A DNA stretch of 64,000 bases from Candidatus Latescibacterota bacterium (GTDB taxonomy: Bacteria; Latescibacterota; UBA2968; UBA8231), in the NCBI GenBank assembly GCA_965223905.1, contig CBDCXV010000010.1:576001-640000 (forward strand), read 5' to 3'. A model generated the notes under the pieces. The model did no database searches. It saw only the letters and a program-made list of their open reading frames with translations, and was not told the origin of the DNA. Of the stretch, positions 1-8,373 are shown piece by piece; positions within the stretch are counted from its first letter, which is position 1; the number at the start of each line of letters is the position of its first letter. The translations under genes were made by a program, and so were the position numbers.

Positions 1-1210
1 CTATCCCCAGCCCCGACAGGGAACCGAAGCCCAGCGACACCGTCTCGTCGTCCCCGTCGCTGTCCTCATTGGCCGTGAGCGTAAACGACCCGGTCATGTC
101 CCCAAAGGCGAACGGCAGCCGCTGGATCCCGGCCTCTGCCGTCAGACCCTCCACCGTGAAATCGCCCGCCTCCGTGCCCGCATCCGACGTCACCGTAACC
201 GGAAGCGCCACCGCCCGGGTCGCCTTGGCCGACAAGGCCACCTCCACCGACACCGGCGCCCCCCCTTCCTGCGCCTCGTAGCTCGACGCCCCAAAGGCCA
301 CCTGAGGCTGCACCGGCGTCACCAACACCGGATCCGTTAACACACCCTCCGCCGCGGCGGACTTCGCCCGCACCCTGAACAGATATTCCACCCCGTTCGT
401 CAGGTCTTCTACCCGGATATACCGGATCCTTCGTCCCTCATACTCGAGACTGTCCACGTCTCCGTCGGCCACCTTGGTCCATTCCATCTTGGCCGGCCTC
501 TTCCTTTTCCCGTAGCGCCAATGGGTAATGCTGGCATCGGCGGAAGCGTCCCATAGCAGCAGCACCGCCTCATGGTCCGGCCACACCTCGAAACCCGTCG
601 GCGGCGGCAACATCACCCCACGGGTCGGCTCACTCTGAACAAATCGGGAATAGCTGCCCGCATCCGGCACATAGCGCACCATCGCCCGCAACTGACGACC
701 CAGATCCGCCCGCAACGGCGTGTAGCTGGCCGACTGCGACGAGCCCGACAGATCCGACCAGGGCGCACTGTCGCTGTCATTCCGGCCCTGCCACTGCCAG
801 CTCCCAGCGCTCACCCCCTCCAGCGAAGCCGTCAGTGCAACCCCCGGCTGCGGCCTCTTGGTGCTCAACGACACCTCCTCATCGCAGTTGCTCAACGTGG
901 TGTTCGTCATCGTCACCGTGCCCGACGTATGGGCCTGCACACAGCCACCCCCGTCCCGGATCGTGGCGCCGCTCAGATCGGCGCTGCCCCCGCTTTCCAC
1001 CCGGATGCCCGACCAATCGGAGGGGGACGGGGAAACAGCATTGCTTGACCGGAAGGTGACCCCCGTGCCCGCGCCAAGCGTCCCGGCCACGATCAGCGCC
1101 CCCGGGCTGAACGACACCTCCGTTCCCGAACCCAGGCTCAACGTCACCCCCGAAGGGATCGTCACCTCCCCGTCCACACAGACCGCGGAGTATAGAAAAA
1201 AATTAGGCAC
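1..1210 (-). CDS. Large surface protein fragment (beta-helix-like segment, fibronectin type III, Calx-beta); runs off the window edge and looks 5'-truncated
   Basis: Not in the ORF track; translated by hand as an open minus frame: VDGEVTIPSGVTLSLGSG...DWSGIRVESGG...SWQWQ...LLLWDASADASITHWRY...LTNGVEYLFRVRA (Fn3) ...VAFGASSYEAQEGG...TANEDSDGDDETVSLGFG (Calx-beta-like). No signal peptide. Confidence 0.75.
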   Translation of the reverse strand, partial: MPNFFLYSAVCVDGEVTIPSGVTLSLGSGTEVSFSPGALIVAGTLGAGTGVTFRSSNAVSPSPSDWSGIRVESGGSADLSGATIRDGGGCVQAHTSGTVTMTNTTLSNCDEEVSLSTKRPQPGVALTASLEGVSAGSWQWQGRNDSDSAPWSDLSGSSQSASYTPLRADLGRQLRAMVRYVPDAGSYSRFVQSEPTRGVMLPPPTGFEVWPDHEAVLLLWDASADASITHWRYGKRKRPAKMEWTKVADGDVDSLEYEGRRIRYIRVEDLTNGVEYLFRVRAKSAAAEGVLTDPVLVTPVQPQVAFGASSYEAQEGGAPVSVEVALSAKATRAVALPVTVTSDAGTEAGDFTVEGLTAEAGIQRLPFAFGDMTGSFTLTANEDSDGDDETVSLGFGSLSGLGI

Positions 1211-1219
1211 ATATCGGTA

Positions 1220-1932
1220 CTATTCCAGGACGAAGCCCTCGTTCTCCCAGACGCCGAGGTAGTACTGGGCTCCCCGCTTGTGGATGGCGAACAGCAGCAT
1301 CCGCTTGTCCCCGATCGCGAAGAAGTCGGGAACCGCGCAGTCCGACTCCCTGCCGCCGGTGTAAAGCGGGTGCAGGTACTCCCAATCCAGCAGGTCGCCC
1401 GACCGGAACAGGAAGGCGGTGTCCGCCCCCTCCAGGCTGCCCCCGGCCAGCGAGTAGAAGCGATCCCCCTCCTTCCACAGGCAGGGGTCGAACGGCTTCC
1501 ACTCCTTCCCCTCGGGGGGATGGGGTATCACCGGGTTCGCCGGGTGCTTGCGCCATTCGACGAGGGAGTCGTCGCTCTCGGCGAGGCAGTTCCCGCCGGG
1601 ATGCCCGTAGTAGATCAGGGTTGGCACGCCGTCGTGTCGAATGCTCCGCCCCTCCAGCACCCGGCCGCGTCGCAACCGCCCGGTGTCGGCGCAAGGGCGA
1701 TCCGCAGGTCGCGCCAGTGCACGAGGTCCTCGCTGACTGCGTGGCCCCAGTGCATCAGCCGCGAGCTGTCGAAGGCGCCGTACGGGTTGTACTGGTAGAA
1801 CAGGTGATAGGACCCCTTCCACCAGATGGTGCCGTTGGGATCCCCCAGGAAGTTGGAAGGCGCCAGGAAGTGGTAGAGCGGGCGGTGGCGGTCCGCGGCC
1901 AGCTCCTCCCGCCAGAGGTCGAAAGCGCTCAT
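1220..1932 (-). pseudogene. Glycoside hydrolase family 32 protein, frameshifted near 1640-1660 and 3'-truncated
   Basis: ORF 1615..1932 has [34 protein letters not shown]; it continues in frame 1220..1822 (HPANPVI, FDP, DLLDWEY). The total of about 235 aa lacks the C-terminal half. Confidence 0.8.
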
Positions 1933-2792
1933 TTCAGGCCCCAGATCCGGGCGGCGTTTTCCCCCAGCATTCCGGAGCGTTCCTCCGGGCTGAGGAAGTC
2001 GAACGCCTCCTCGACGATGCGCAGCTCTTCGGCCAGGGTCGGCCAGCCGTGCTTGACGCGGTGATACCCGGGAAAGCCGGTGCCCCAGAGAATGCGGTCG
2101 GCGCCGAAGGCCTCCACCGTCCTGCGGACCACCGGCAGCATGTCGGCGTGCGGGAACTCCTGCTGCGAGCGGCTGTGCACGTCGGAGATCTTGATGCCGA
2201 CGTTGGGGTGGACGGCCAGGGCCAGGACCGGGTCGTACGGCGCCCAGTTCTCCTCAGCCCACTGCGGCTGCGGGTACATCATGTGATCGATAAGCCAGGT
2301 GATCTGCGGCCAGCGGGAGGCGGCGCAGTCGAGCTGATCGGCGTGCTCCGGGAAGGCGTGGATCTGGACGATGCCGCGGCGCTCCGCGATAGCCGCGAAC
2401 ATCTCCTCGTTCTCCGGCCGCGTCAGGATGCTGCCCTCGGCCGGGTCGTCGGTCCGGTAGTACATCGGGTGAAAGCGGAAGCCGGCGAGCCCGCGTTCGT
2501 CCATCCACCAGGCCGCGGTCTCGGCGTTGTCGGGGGCCAGGGGATCTACGAGGCCGTGGACGACGAAGCGGTCGGGGTACTTGCGGGCGCTGTCGGCGAG
2601 GTAGCCGTTGTCCCAGGTCGAGAAGGAGGTCTGCACGAGGACGGTCCAGTCGACGCCGTTGGCGTCCATGTCCTCGAGCAGCAGCTCCGCGGTGGCCGGC
2701 TCGTCCGGCAGGCTCGACCAGCGCGGGGCCGTCGGGCCCACCGGGGCCGTGGGGGGGATCTCCCAGATGTGCACGTGCGTATCGACGATCAT
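1929..2792 (-). CDS. Amidohydrolase_2 family metal-dependent hydrolase/lactonase
   Basis: DTHVH motif, [22 protein letters not shown]. Confidence 0.85.
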   Translation of the reverse strand: MIVDTHVHIWEIPPTAPVGPTAPRWSSLPDEPATAELLLEDMDANGVDWTVLVQTSFSTWDNGYLADSARKYPDRFVVHGLVDPLAPDNAETAAWWMDERGLAGFRFHPMYYRTDDPAEGSILTRPENEEMFAAIAERRGIVQIHAFPEHADQLDCAASRWPQITWLIDHMMYPQPQWAEENWAPYDPVLALAVHPNVGIKISDVHSRSQQEFPHADMLPVVRRTVEAFGADRILWGTGFPGYHRVKHGWPTLAEELRIVEEAFDFLSPEERSGMLGENAARIWGLK

Positions 2793-3048
2793 CCGTCACC
2801 TCCGTCGGTTCGTTAGAGAATCGGGCAAGGGCAGGACGCCCCGCCCGCGGGGGAATGATACGGCCCGGTTCGCCGCCGAGGTCAAGAAGCGCCCCTCATG
2901 GGCGCCGCTTGACCCTGCCCGGGAAAACCCCTTTATCGGCTGACCTCATGGAACGCGCCGAATCGCTGCAACGCGGGAGCGCCCCCTCTTGCGCCCCACG
3001 CAGATGAAAGCCCGGCGCGGCAAAGGCTGAAAAACCGGGAGCAGGCAG

Positions 3049-4161
3049 ATGCGGATCGACAGGCTGGACGTGTACTACGCGGTGATGCCCCTGATCTATC
3101 CATGGCGCACCGCTTACGGCGAGGACGCCGACATCCACTCGGTGCTCGTCGAGCTGACCAGCGGCGAGCACACCGCCTGGTCGGAGAGCACCCCCTTCTT
3201 CGCGCCGACCTATCTCAACGAGAGCGCCGGTTCGGTCTTCTACCACGTCTCCGAGGTGATGGGGCCGTGGGTGGCCGGGCGCGAGTTCGACACGGCCGCC
3301 GACCTCAACCAGCGGCTGGCGATCTTCAAGGGGAACAGCTTCGCCAAGGCGGCCATCGAGATCGGCTGGTGGACGCTGCAGAGCCAGATCACCGGGACCC
3401 CCCTGCACCGGCTGCTCGGCGGACAGACGCGGGACGTGGCCGCCGGCGCCGACTTCGGCATCCAGGACTCCTACGACATGCTGTTGGGAAACATTCAGAA
3501 GGCCGTCGACGCCGGCTTCCCGCGCATCAAGCTGAAAGCGGCCCCGGGCTGGGACCTCGAGATGCTGCAGATCGTCACCTCCACCTTCCCGGACATGACC
3601 TTCCACATCGACTGCAACTCGGGGTACAGCCTCGACGACCTCCCCTTCTTCAAGGCCATCGACGGCATGGGGCTCGCCTTCATCGAGCAGCCCCTGCATT
3701 TCAACGACCTTCTCGATCACGCCGAGCTCGCCAAGCGGATCGGCACCCCGATCTGCCTCGACGAGACCATCGTCGACGCGCGCGCCGCGGAGCAGGCGAT
3801 CCGCATCGGGGCCTGCCGCTACATCAACATCAAGCCGGGAAGGATCGGCGGCCTGGCCAACGCGGTGGCCGTGCACGACATGGCCCGGGACGCCGGCATT
3901 CCGGTCTGGGTCGGCGGCATGCTGGAAAGCGCCCTCGGGGGCTCGATCTGCGTCGAGCTGGCGACCCTGGAGAACTTCACCTACCCGGGGGACCTGTTCC
4001 CTTCCTCCCGCTTCTACCGACGCGACCTTTCGCAGCCGGCGATGGAGCTCGCAGAGGGCTGCGTCTTCAAGCCGTTCACCGAAGGCCTGCCGGCCCCCGA
4101 CCCGGAGTTGCTCGCCGAGCGCACCCTGCGCCGCAGGACGGTTACCCCGGACTCATCATGA
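3049..4161 (+). CDS. menC: o-succinylbenzoate synthase / N-succinyl-amino acid racemase (enolase superfamily)
   Basis: KLK catalytic motif, metal ligands in DCN, EQP and DET, NIKPGRIGG, GGMLES, PGDL; resembles the Amycolatopsis/Geobacillus NSAR/OSBS type. Confidence 0.8.
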   Translation: MRIDRLDVYYAVMPLIYPWRTAYGEDADIHSVLVELTSGEHTAWSESTPFFAPTYLNESAGSVFYHVSEVMGPWVAGREFDTAADLNQRLAIFKGNSFAKAAIEIGWWTLQSQITGTPLHRLLGGQTRDVAAGADFGIQDSYDMLLGNIQKAVDAGFPRIKLKAAPGWDLEMLQIVTSTFPDMTFHIDCNSGYSLDDLPFFKAIDGMGLAFIEQPLHFNDLLDHAELAKRIGTPICLDETIVDARAAEQAIRIGACRYINIKPGRIGGLANAVAVHDMARDAGIPVWVGGMLESALGGSICVELATLENFTYPGDLFPSSRFYRRDLSQPAMELAEGCVFKPFTEGLPAPDPELLAERTLRRRTVTPDSS

Positions 4162-5296
4162 TCCGCTGGTACACGTCGACCGCCTGAATCACCTGCCGGC
4201 ACTCGATCCACTCGACGGCGCCGTGGGCCTGGTCGATGCTGCCCGGCCCGAGGATGATGGTCGGCACCCCGCGGTCGGCGAACGGACTGCCGTCGGTGGC
4301 GTACGGCACCCCGGCGATCTCCGCCTCACCCAGGACCTCGCGGCAGGCGGCGACGGCGCTCTGCACGACCTCGGCATCTTCGCCGGTACCCAGGGCGCCC
4401 AGGGTGATGTAGGGTTCCTCGAGGACGGCGTCGATTCCCTCCACCTCCGCGATCGTCTCGGCGAACTGCGCCGTCACCTCCTCCGCGGTCTGCCCCGGTA
4501 TGGTGCGCACGTCGACCTCGATGCGGCAGCTGTCCGGCACGAAGTTGACCTGCATGCCCCCCTCGATGACGCCGACGTTCATGGTCGGGCTGCCGAGCAG
4601 CGGATCGCTCCGGGAGGCGTAGTCGGCGCCGATCACCTCCTCGAGGCGGGTGACCAGCCGCGCCATACCCGAGATGGCGTTGACCCCGAGCCAGGGCTTG
4701 GCGCTGTGAGCGGCCTTGCCGTTGACGGCGACGTGGAAGCGGACCACCCCCTTGTGGCCGCGGATCACCGCGAGGTCGGTCGGCTCGGCGATGACCGCGG
4801 CCTCGACCTCGATGCGTCCGGCGAGGTGGCGCGCCCCCCTCATCAGGTACTCCTCGTCGACCGAGCCGGCGTAGAGGATGGTGCGCGGCGGCTTCTGCCC
4901 CGATTCGACCAGGCGCAACATGGCGTGCATCATGGCGACGCCCCCGGCCTTGGTGTCCGCGGAGCCGCGTCCGTACATCAGGCCGTCGCGGATGTGCGGC
5001 TCGAACGGGGGAATCGACATCACCTCGACGGAAGCGGTGTCCATGTGGCACTCGAACAGCAGCGCCCGGTCCGGGTCTTCACCCTCGAGCCGGGCGACGA
5101 GGTTGCGGCGGCCCGGCAACGCCTCCGACAGCTCGAACGGCAACCCGATGCCGTCGAAGAAGCCGGACAGGTACTCGACCATGCCCGTTTCCCCGTCCCC
5201 GCCCCCTGGCAGCGCGGGGTTCACGCTTTCTATCGCCACCACGTCCTGCAGCGTGGCGAGAACCTCGTTGTCGCTTCGCTCCCAACTCTCTGTCAT
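4142..5296 (-). CDS. M20 family metallo-deacylase (ArgE/DapE-like)
   Basis: CHMDT, YGRGSADTKAG, DEE, AEPT, AAHS, GPGSIDQAH. Confidence 0.9.
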   Translation of the reverse strand: MTESWERSDNEVLATLQDVVAIESVNPALPGGGDGETGMVEYLSGFFDGIGLPFELSEALPGRRNLVARLEGEDPDRALLFECHMDTASVEVMSIPPFEPHIRDGLMYGRGSADTKAGGVAMMHAMLRLVESGQKPPRTILYAGSVDEEYLMRGARHLAGRIEVEAAVIAEPTDLAVIRGHKGVVRFHVAVNGKAAHSAKPWLGVNAISGMARLVTRLEEVIGADYASRSDPLLGSPTMNVGVIEGGMQVNFVPDSCRIEVDVRTIPGQTAEEVTAQFAETIAEVEGIDAVLEEPYITLGALGTGEDAEVVQSAVAACREVLGEAEIAGVPYATDGSPFADRGVPTIILGPGSIDQAHGAVEWIECRQVIQAVDVYQRIMMSPG

Positions 5297-5301
5297 GTCG
5301 G

Positions 5302-6111
5302 CTATCCCTTTCGGCTGTCCTTTCCCGCCTCGCTGACGCGCGGCATCAGCAGCTTGCGATTGCGCGCCAGCGGCAGTCCGGCGAAGGCGCAGCGGTTGTT
5401 CCAGCGGTCTATCGTCTCCGCGGTCTTGTACTCGTTGATGATGGCGTTGCGGCTCGTCGAGGTGTTGTTGTTTCCGGCCCGGTGCACCGCCAGGACGTGG
5501 ATGATCGCCACGTCCCCGGGTTGCGCCCGGATGACCGCGCGGCTCTCCTCCGGCACCTCTTCCTGCACCAGGGTCGGCCCGCCTTCCGCGGTCGGCAGGA
5601 AGCCGTCGAGATGGCTACCCGGAATCACCTCGGTGGCCCCGGCCCCCGCGTCGGTCGCGTCGAGGTAGGTGATCGCCGCGGCGAGGTCGGGCTCGGTATG
5701 CAGCTCGTACGGCCAGTCCTGGTGCCAGCCCTGGGTGTTGGTGAATCCCGGCGGCTTGTTGCGGATCTTGCCGTTGTGGAAATCGAGGTTCGGCCCGAGC
5801 AGGTCGACCATTACCGACACGATCCGCGGCTCGGTGAACTGGTCGAACCAGTAGTCTCCGGCCAGGGTCTGGTCCATCATGCCGACGACGTTCTTCGGGT
5901 TGAACCGGTCGGGAGGGTACCCGGCGACCGGCTCCATGAAGGAGTAGCGCAAGTTCCGCGGCCGCCCGTCTGTGTCGGTGACCAGCTCGTGGTACTGCCG
6001 CCGCATCTCCCCCATCTCCGCGGTTCCGTAGAAGCCGGGCAGCAGCAGGTACCCGTTGTCGTCGAAGAACCGCTTCTGTCCTGGCTCGAGAATCAGCAGG
6101 TCCTCATCCAT
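5302..6111 (-). CDS. Phytanoyl-CoA dioxygenase (PhyH) family 2OG-Fe(II) oxygenase
   Basis: WHQD, VIPGSH, distal His in VHRAGNN...R; start taken at MDEDLL. Confidence 0.85.
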   Translation of the reverse strand: MDEDLLILEPGQKRFFDDNGYLLLPGFYGTAEMGEMRRQYHELVTDTDGRPRNLRYSFMEPVAGYPPDRFNPKNVVGMMDQTLAGDYWFDQFTEPRIVSVMVDLLGPNLDFHNGKIRNKPPGFTNTQGWHQDWPYELHTEPDLAAAITYLDATDAGAGATEVIPGSHLDGFLPTAEGGPTLVQEEVPEESRAVIRAQPGDVAIIHVLAVHRAGNNNTSTSRNAIINEYKTAETIDRWNNRCAFAGLPLARNRKLLMPRVSEAGKDSRKG

Positions 6112-6433
6112 TCCGGTCTCCTGTGGCCGGCGGCGCAAGCGGCGGTTTCGCGAATTGATGTGGCCCCGTCATTTGTGAACCGCCCTGCCCCTCGGTTTGA
6201 ACTACCAAGAAATCCTTGGTAGTTGCCTCTGCCTCCAACTCCCCACTGGAGAATACGTTACGCAAGTGCATCTGGACGTTCTCGGGAGTGGTGTCGAAAA
6301 CTTGCGCCATCTGCCGTTGGGTCAGCCAAACGGTTTCTTGGCCAAGGCGGACATCCACACGCACTTCGCCATCCGGTGTTTCGTAGACGGCGATCTCGCC
6401 GTCAGGACGGGTTGCGGGCGTTTCGCTGCTCAT
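6104..6433 (-). pseudogene. RhuM/virulence-family protein, N-terminal fragment
   Basis: GEIAVYETPDG..ETVWLTQRQMAQVFDTTPENVQMHLRNVFSSGELEAEATTKDFLVVQTEG is the typical RhuM N-terminus; similarity stops after about 85 aa. Confidence 0.75.
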
Positions 6434-6457
6434 CTCATTGAACCCGGTGCGAATCGG

Positions 6458-6545
6458 TCACGGACACACCCAGTGCTCCACCGGTTTCGACAGGAACTCA
6501 TCGACCTCGATACCGTCGCCGCCGACAAGCAGTCCGCGCTCCGGC
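6458..6545 (-). pseudogene. C-terminal remnant of an AAA+/DUF4143-type ATPase
   Basis: Hand translation ERGLLVGGDGIEVDEFLSKPVEHWVCP* resembles the C-terminus of DUF4143 ATP-binding proteins (recalled, not searched). Confidence 0.4.
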
Positions 6546-6710
6546 ACTTCATCGCAGCAGCGGGTTCCCTGGCTTGTCGAGGCTTTGGCAGCAGAGGGGT
6601 GGATGGCCGCCTGGACGAACCGGTCAGCGGTTGCGACCCCCGGCGGGTTCCCGGAATGATGGACCCGGGATGGGTGCTCGTGAGGTTATGGTCTATCGTT
6701 CAGCTCCGAC

Positions 6711-6981
6711 TCAATTCAGCGGTGCAATCTTTCCTGGAGATTTGAGCTGCTTCGCGCGATTCCAGGCTTCTCGCAGCTCTTCTTGATGCATGGAAGCCCA
6801 CTCTGCCACCAGCCCAAGCGCCCTTGGAGAAAGATGCCCATGCAATACGGCCAAATAATCGATTCCGACCACAGCCTCTTCTTCACCATACGTCGCGTGA
6901 CGTCGCGTGGAAATGAGGAGGTGCATGGTCATCGAAATACATCCGGATAACGATTCCATAGAATCGGGAGATTTCAGGCAT
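6711..6981 (-). pseudogene. DUF4160 family putative toxin, frameshifted by a 10-bp tandem duplication
   Basis: MPEISRFYGIVIRMYFDDHAPPHFHAT from ATG 6981; ACGTCGCGTG is duplicated at 6890-6909; removing one copy joins the frame to YGEEEAVVGI...EWASMHQEELREAW...IAPLN*. Confidence 0.85.
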
Positions 6982-7258
6982 CTTCCAGCAGAGCCCATGC
7001 CCCAAACATCACTTTTTCAACGGACTTGCCGGTCAGTTGCATATACAGGGCATCGGGACACAGTTCGATTTCCTGTCCCCAGGCGATCCCTCCGGCAGGA
7101 CCTATGTGGACGGCCTCGAAGCAGGCGCGGTCGTTCCAGGCTTCGAATACACCCCGTCCAGCAAGATGAGATAGGTCCAGCTCTCCGGCGGCGCCGTCTG
7201 AGTAGCGTAGCCAGATTCGGTAGCCATCTCGTGCCTCTGCTTCTGTCGGTCTAATCAC
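6974..7258 (-). CDS. DUF2442 family putative antitoxin
   Basis: GYRIWLRYSDG..GELDL...GVF..W..IELCPDALY; GTG start after GGAGGAG; stop overlaps the DUF4160 start. Confidence 0.85.
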   Translation of the reverse strand: MIRPTEAEARDGYRIWLRYSDGAAGELDLSHLAGRGVFEAWNDRACFEAVHIGPAGGIAWGQEIELCPDALYMQLTGKSVEKVMFGAWALLEDA

Positions 7259-7535
7259 ATCTCTCCTCCACTCAGTTCTGATGGAACATCCCGGAGACCT
7301 GCTTTCAATCCGGCCCATCGGCTTGATCGCATCGGTATTTTTTGGCCGGAATCAGGTCCAATTGACCTGCCCGAGGAACGGGGTGGGTTCTCCAACGTCG
7401 TCTCCATATCATTCCTTCAATGATAACCAATCACCTTCACCGGTCCCCGGGGCGGAAGAAAACGCGCCGTCCCTCGGACGATCCGCCGGCCTTGGAGGCC
7501 TGCATCACAGCCATCCCGGATATCGAGACGGGCGA

Positions 7536-8297
7536 GTGCGATCAAGCAGAATCAGAACCCCTGGGCTAACCAGCGCGGGAATCCGCGGCCGTAAGGCCCG
7601 ACCCGGAACGCGGGCGCCACGGAGGTTCCTCTCCCTCGGGCTCCTCGCCCTCTGCGCCCTGGTCGCGGCTTTCCCCTGCCTTGCGGATACCGGCAACACC
7701 GCCGCCGCATCCGGCGACAGCGCGCGCACTATCCTCTTCTTCGGCGACAGCCTGACCTCGGGGTACGGCCTCGGGCGCGAGCAAGCCTACCCGGCCCTCG
7801 TGCAGGCCCGCATCGACTCGCTGGGGTGGGACTTCCGCGTCGTCAACGCCGGCCTCGACGGCGAGACCAGCGCCGCGGGGCTGCGCCGCGTCGACTGGGT
7901 CCTGCGCGGGCCGGTCGACGTCTTCGTCCTCGAACTGGGGGGCAACGACGGGCTGCGCGGTCTGCCGCTGCAGCAGACCGAGAGCAACCTCGCCGCCATT
8001 CTGGAGCGGGCGCGGGAGAAGAACCCCGGGGTCGAGCTGGTGATCGCCGGCATGCAGCTTCCCCCCAACCTCGGACCGGACTACACCGGCCGCTTCCGCG
8101 ACATCTTCCCCCGTCTGGCGAAGCAGAGCGGGGCCCTGCTGATCCCGTTTCTTCTCGAAGGGGTGGGCGGAGACCCGGAGCTGATGTCGGCCGACGGCAT
8201 CCATCCGAACGCGGCCGGACACGCCCGCGTCGCCGCGGTGGTGTGGGCTTCCCTCGAACCGCTGCTGCGCCGCCTGGCGGGAGAGTCGAACGAGTAG
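7536..8297 (+). CDS. tesA: SGNH/GDSL arylesterase (TesA-like), probably secreted; start uncertain
   Basis: FFGDSL, NAGLDGETS, ELGGNDGLRG, DGIHPN; hydrophobic signal-like segment LSLGLLALCALVAAFPCLA. Confidence 0.85.
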   Translation: MRSSRIRTPGLTSAGIRGRKARPGTRAPRRFLSLGLLALCALVAAFPCLADTGNTAAASGDSARTILFFGDSLTSGYGLGREQAYPALVQARIDSLGWDFRVVNAGLDGETSAAGLRRVDWVLRGPVDVFVLELGGNDGLRGLPLQQTESNLAAILERAREKNPGVELVIAGMQLPPNLGPDYTGRFRDIFPRLAKQSGALLIPFLLEGVGGDPELMSADGIHPNAAGHARVAAVVWASLEPLLRRLAGESNE

Positions 8298-8373
8298 TCC
8301 GCGCGCCCATGCCATGGGTGAAAATCACCCACGCCGTGGGTCGTTTGCACCACCGATACAGGGTCGAAGTCGG

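Noticed and set aside
2860-2940. Back-to-back TTGACC promoters in the palindrome GGTCAAG...CTTGACC
   Set aside because: The spacing (19 bp) and -10 matches are too weak to call.
3049-4161. Menaquinone biosynthesis cluster
   Set aside because: No other men genes are in the window; menC is used only as a family label.
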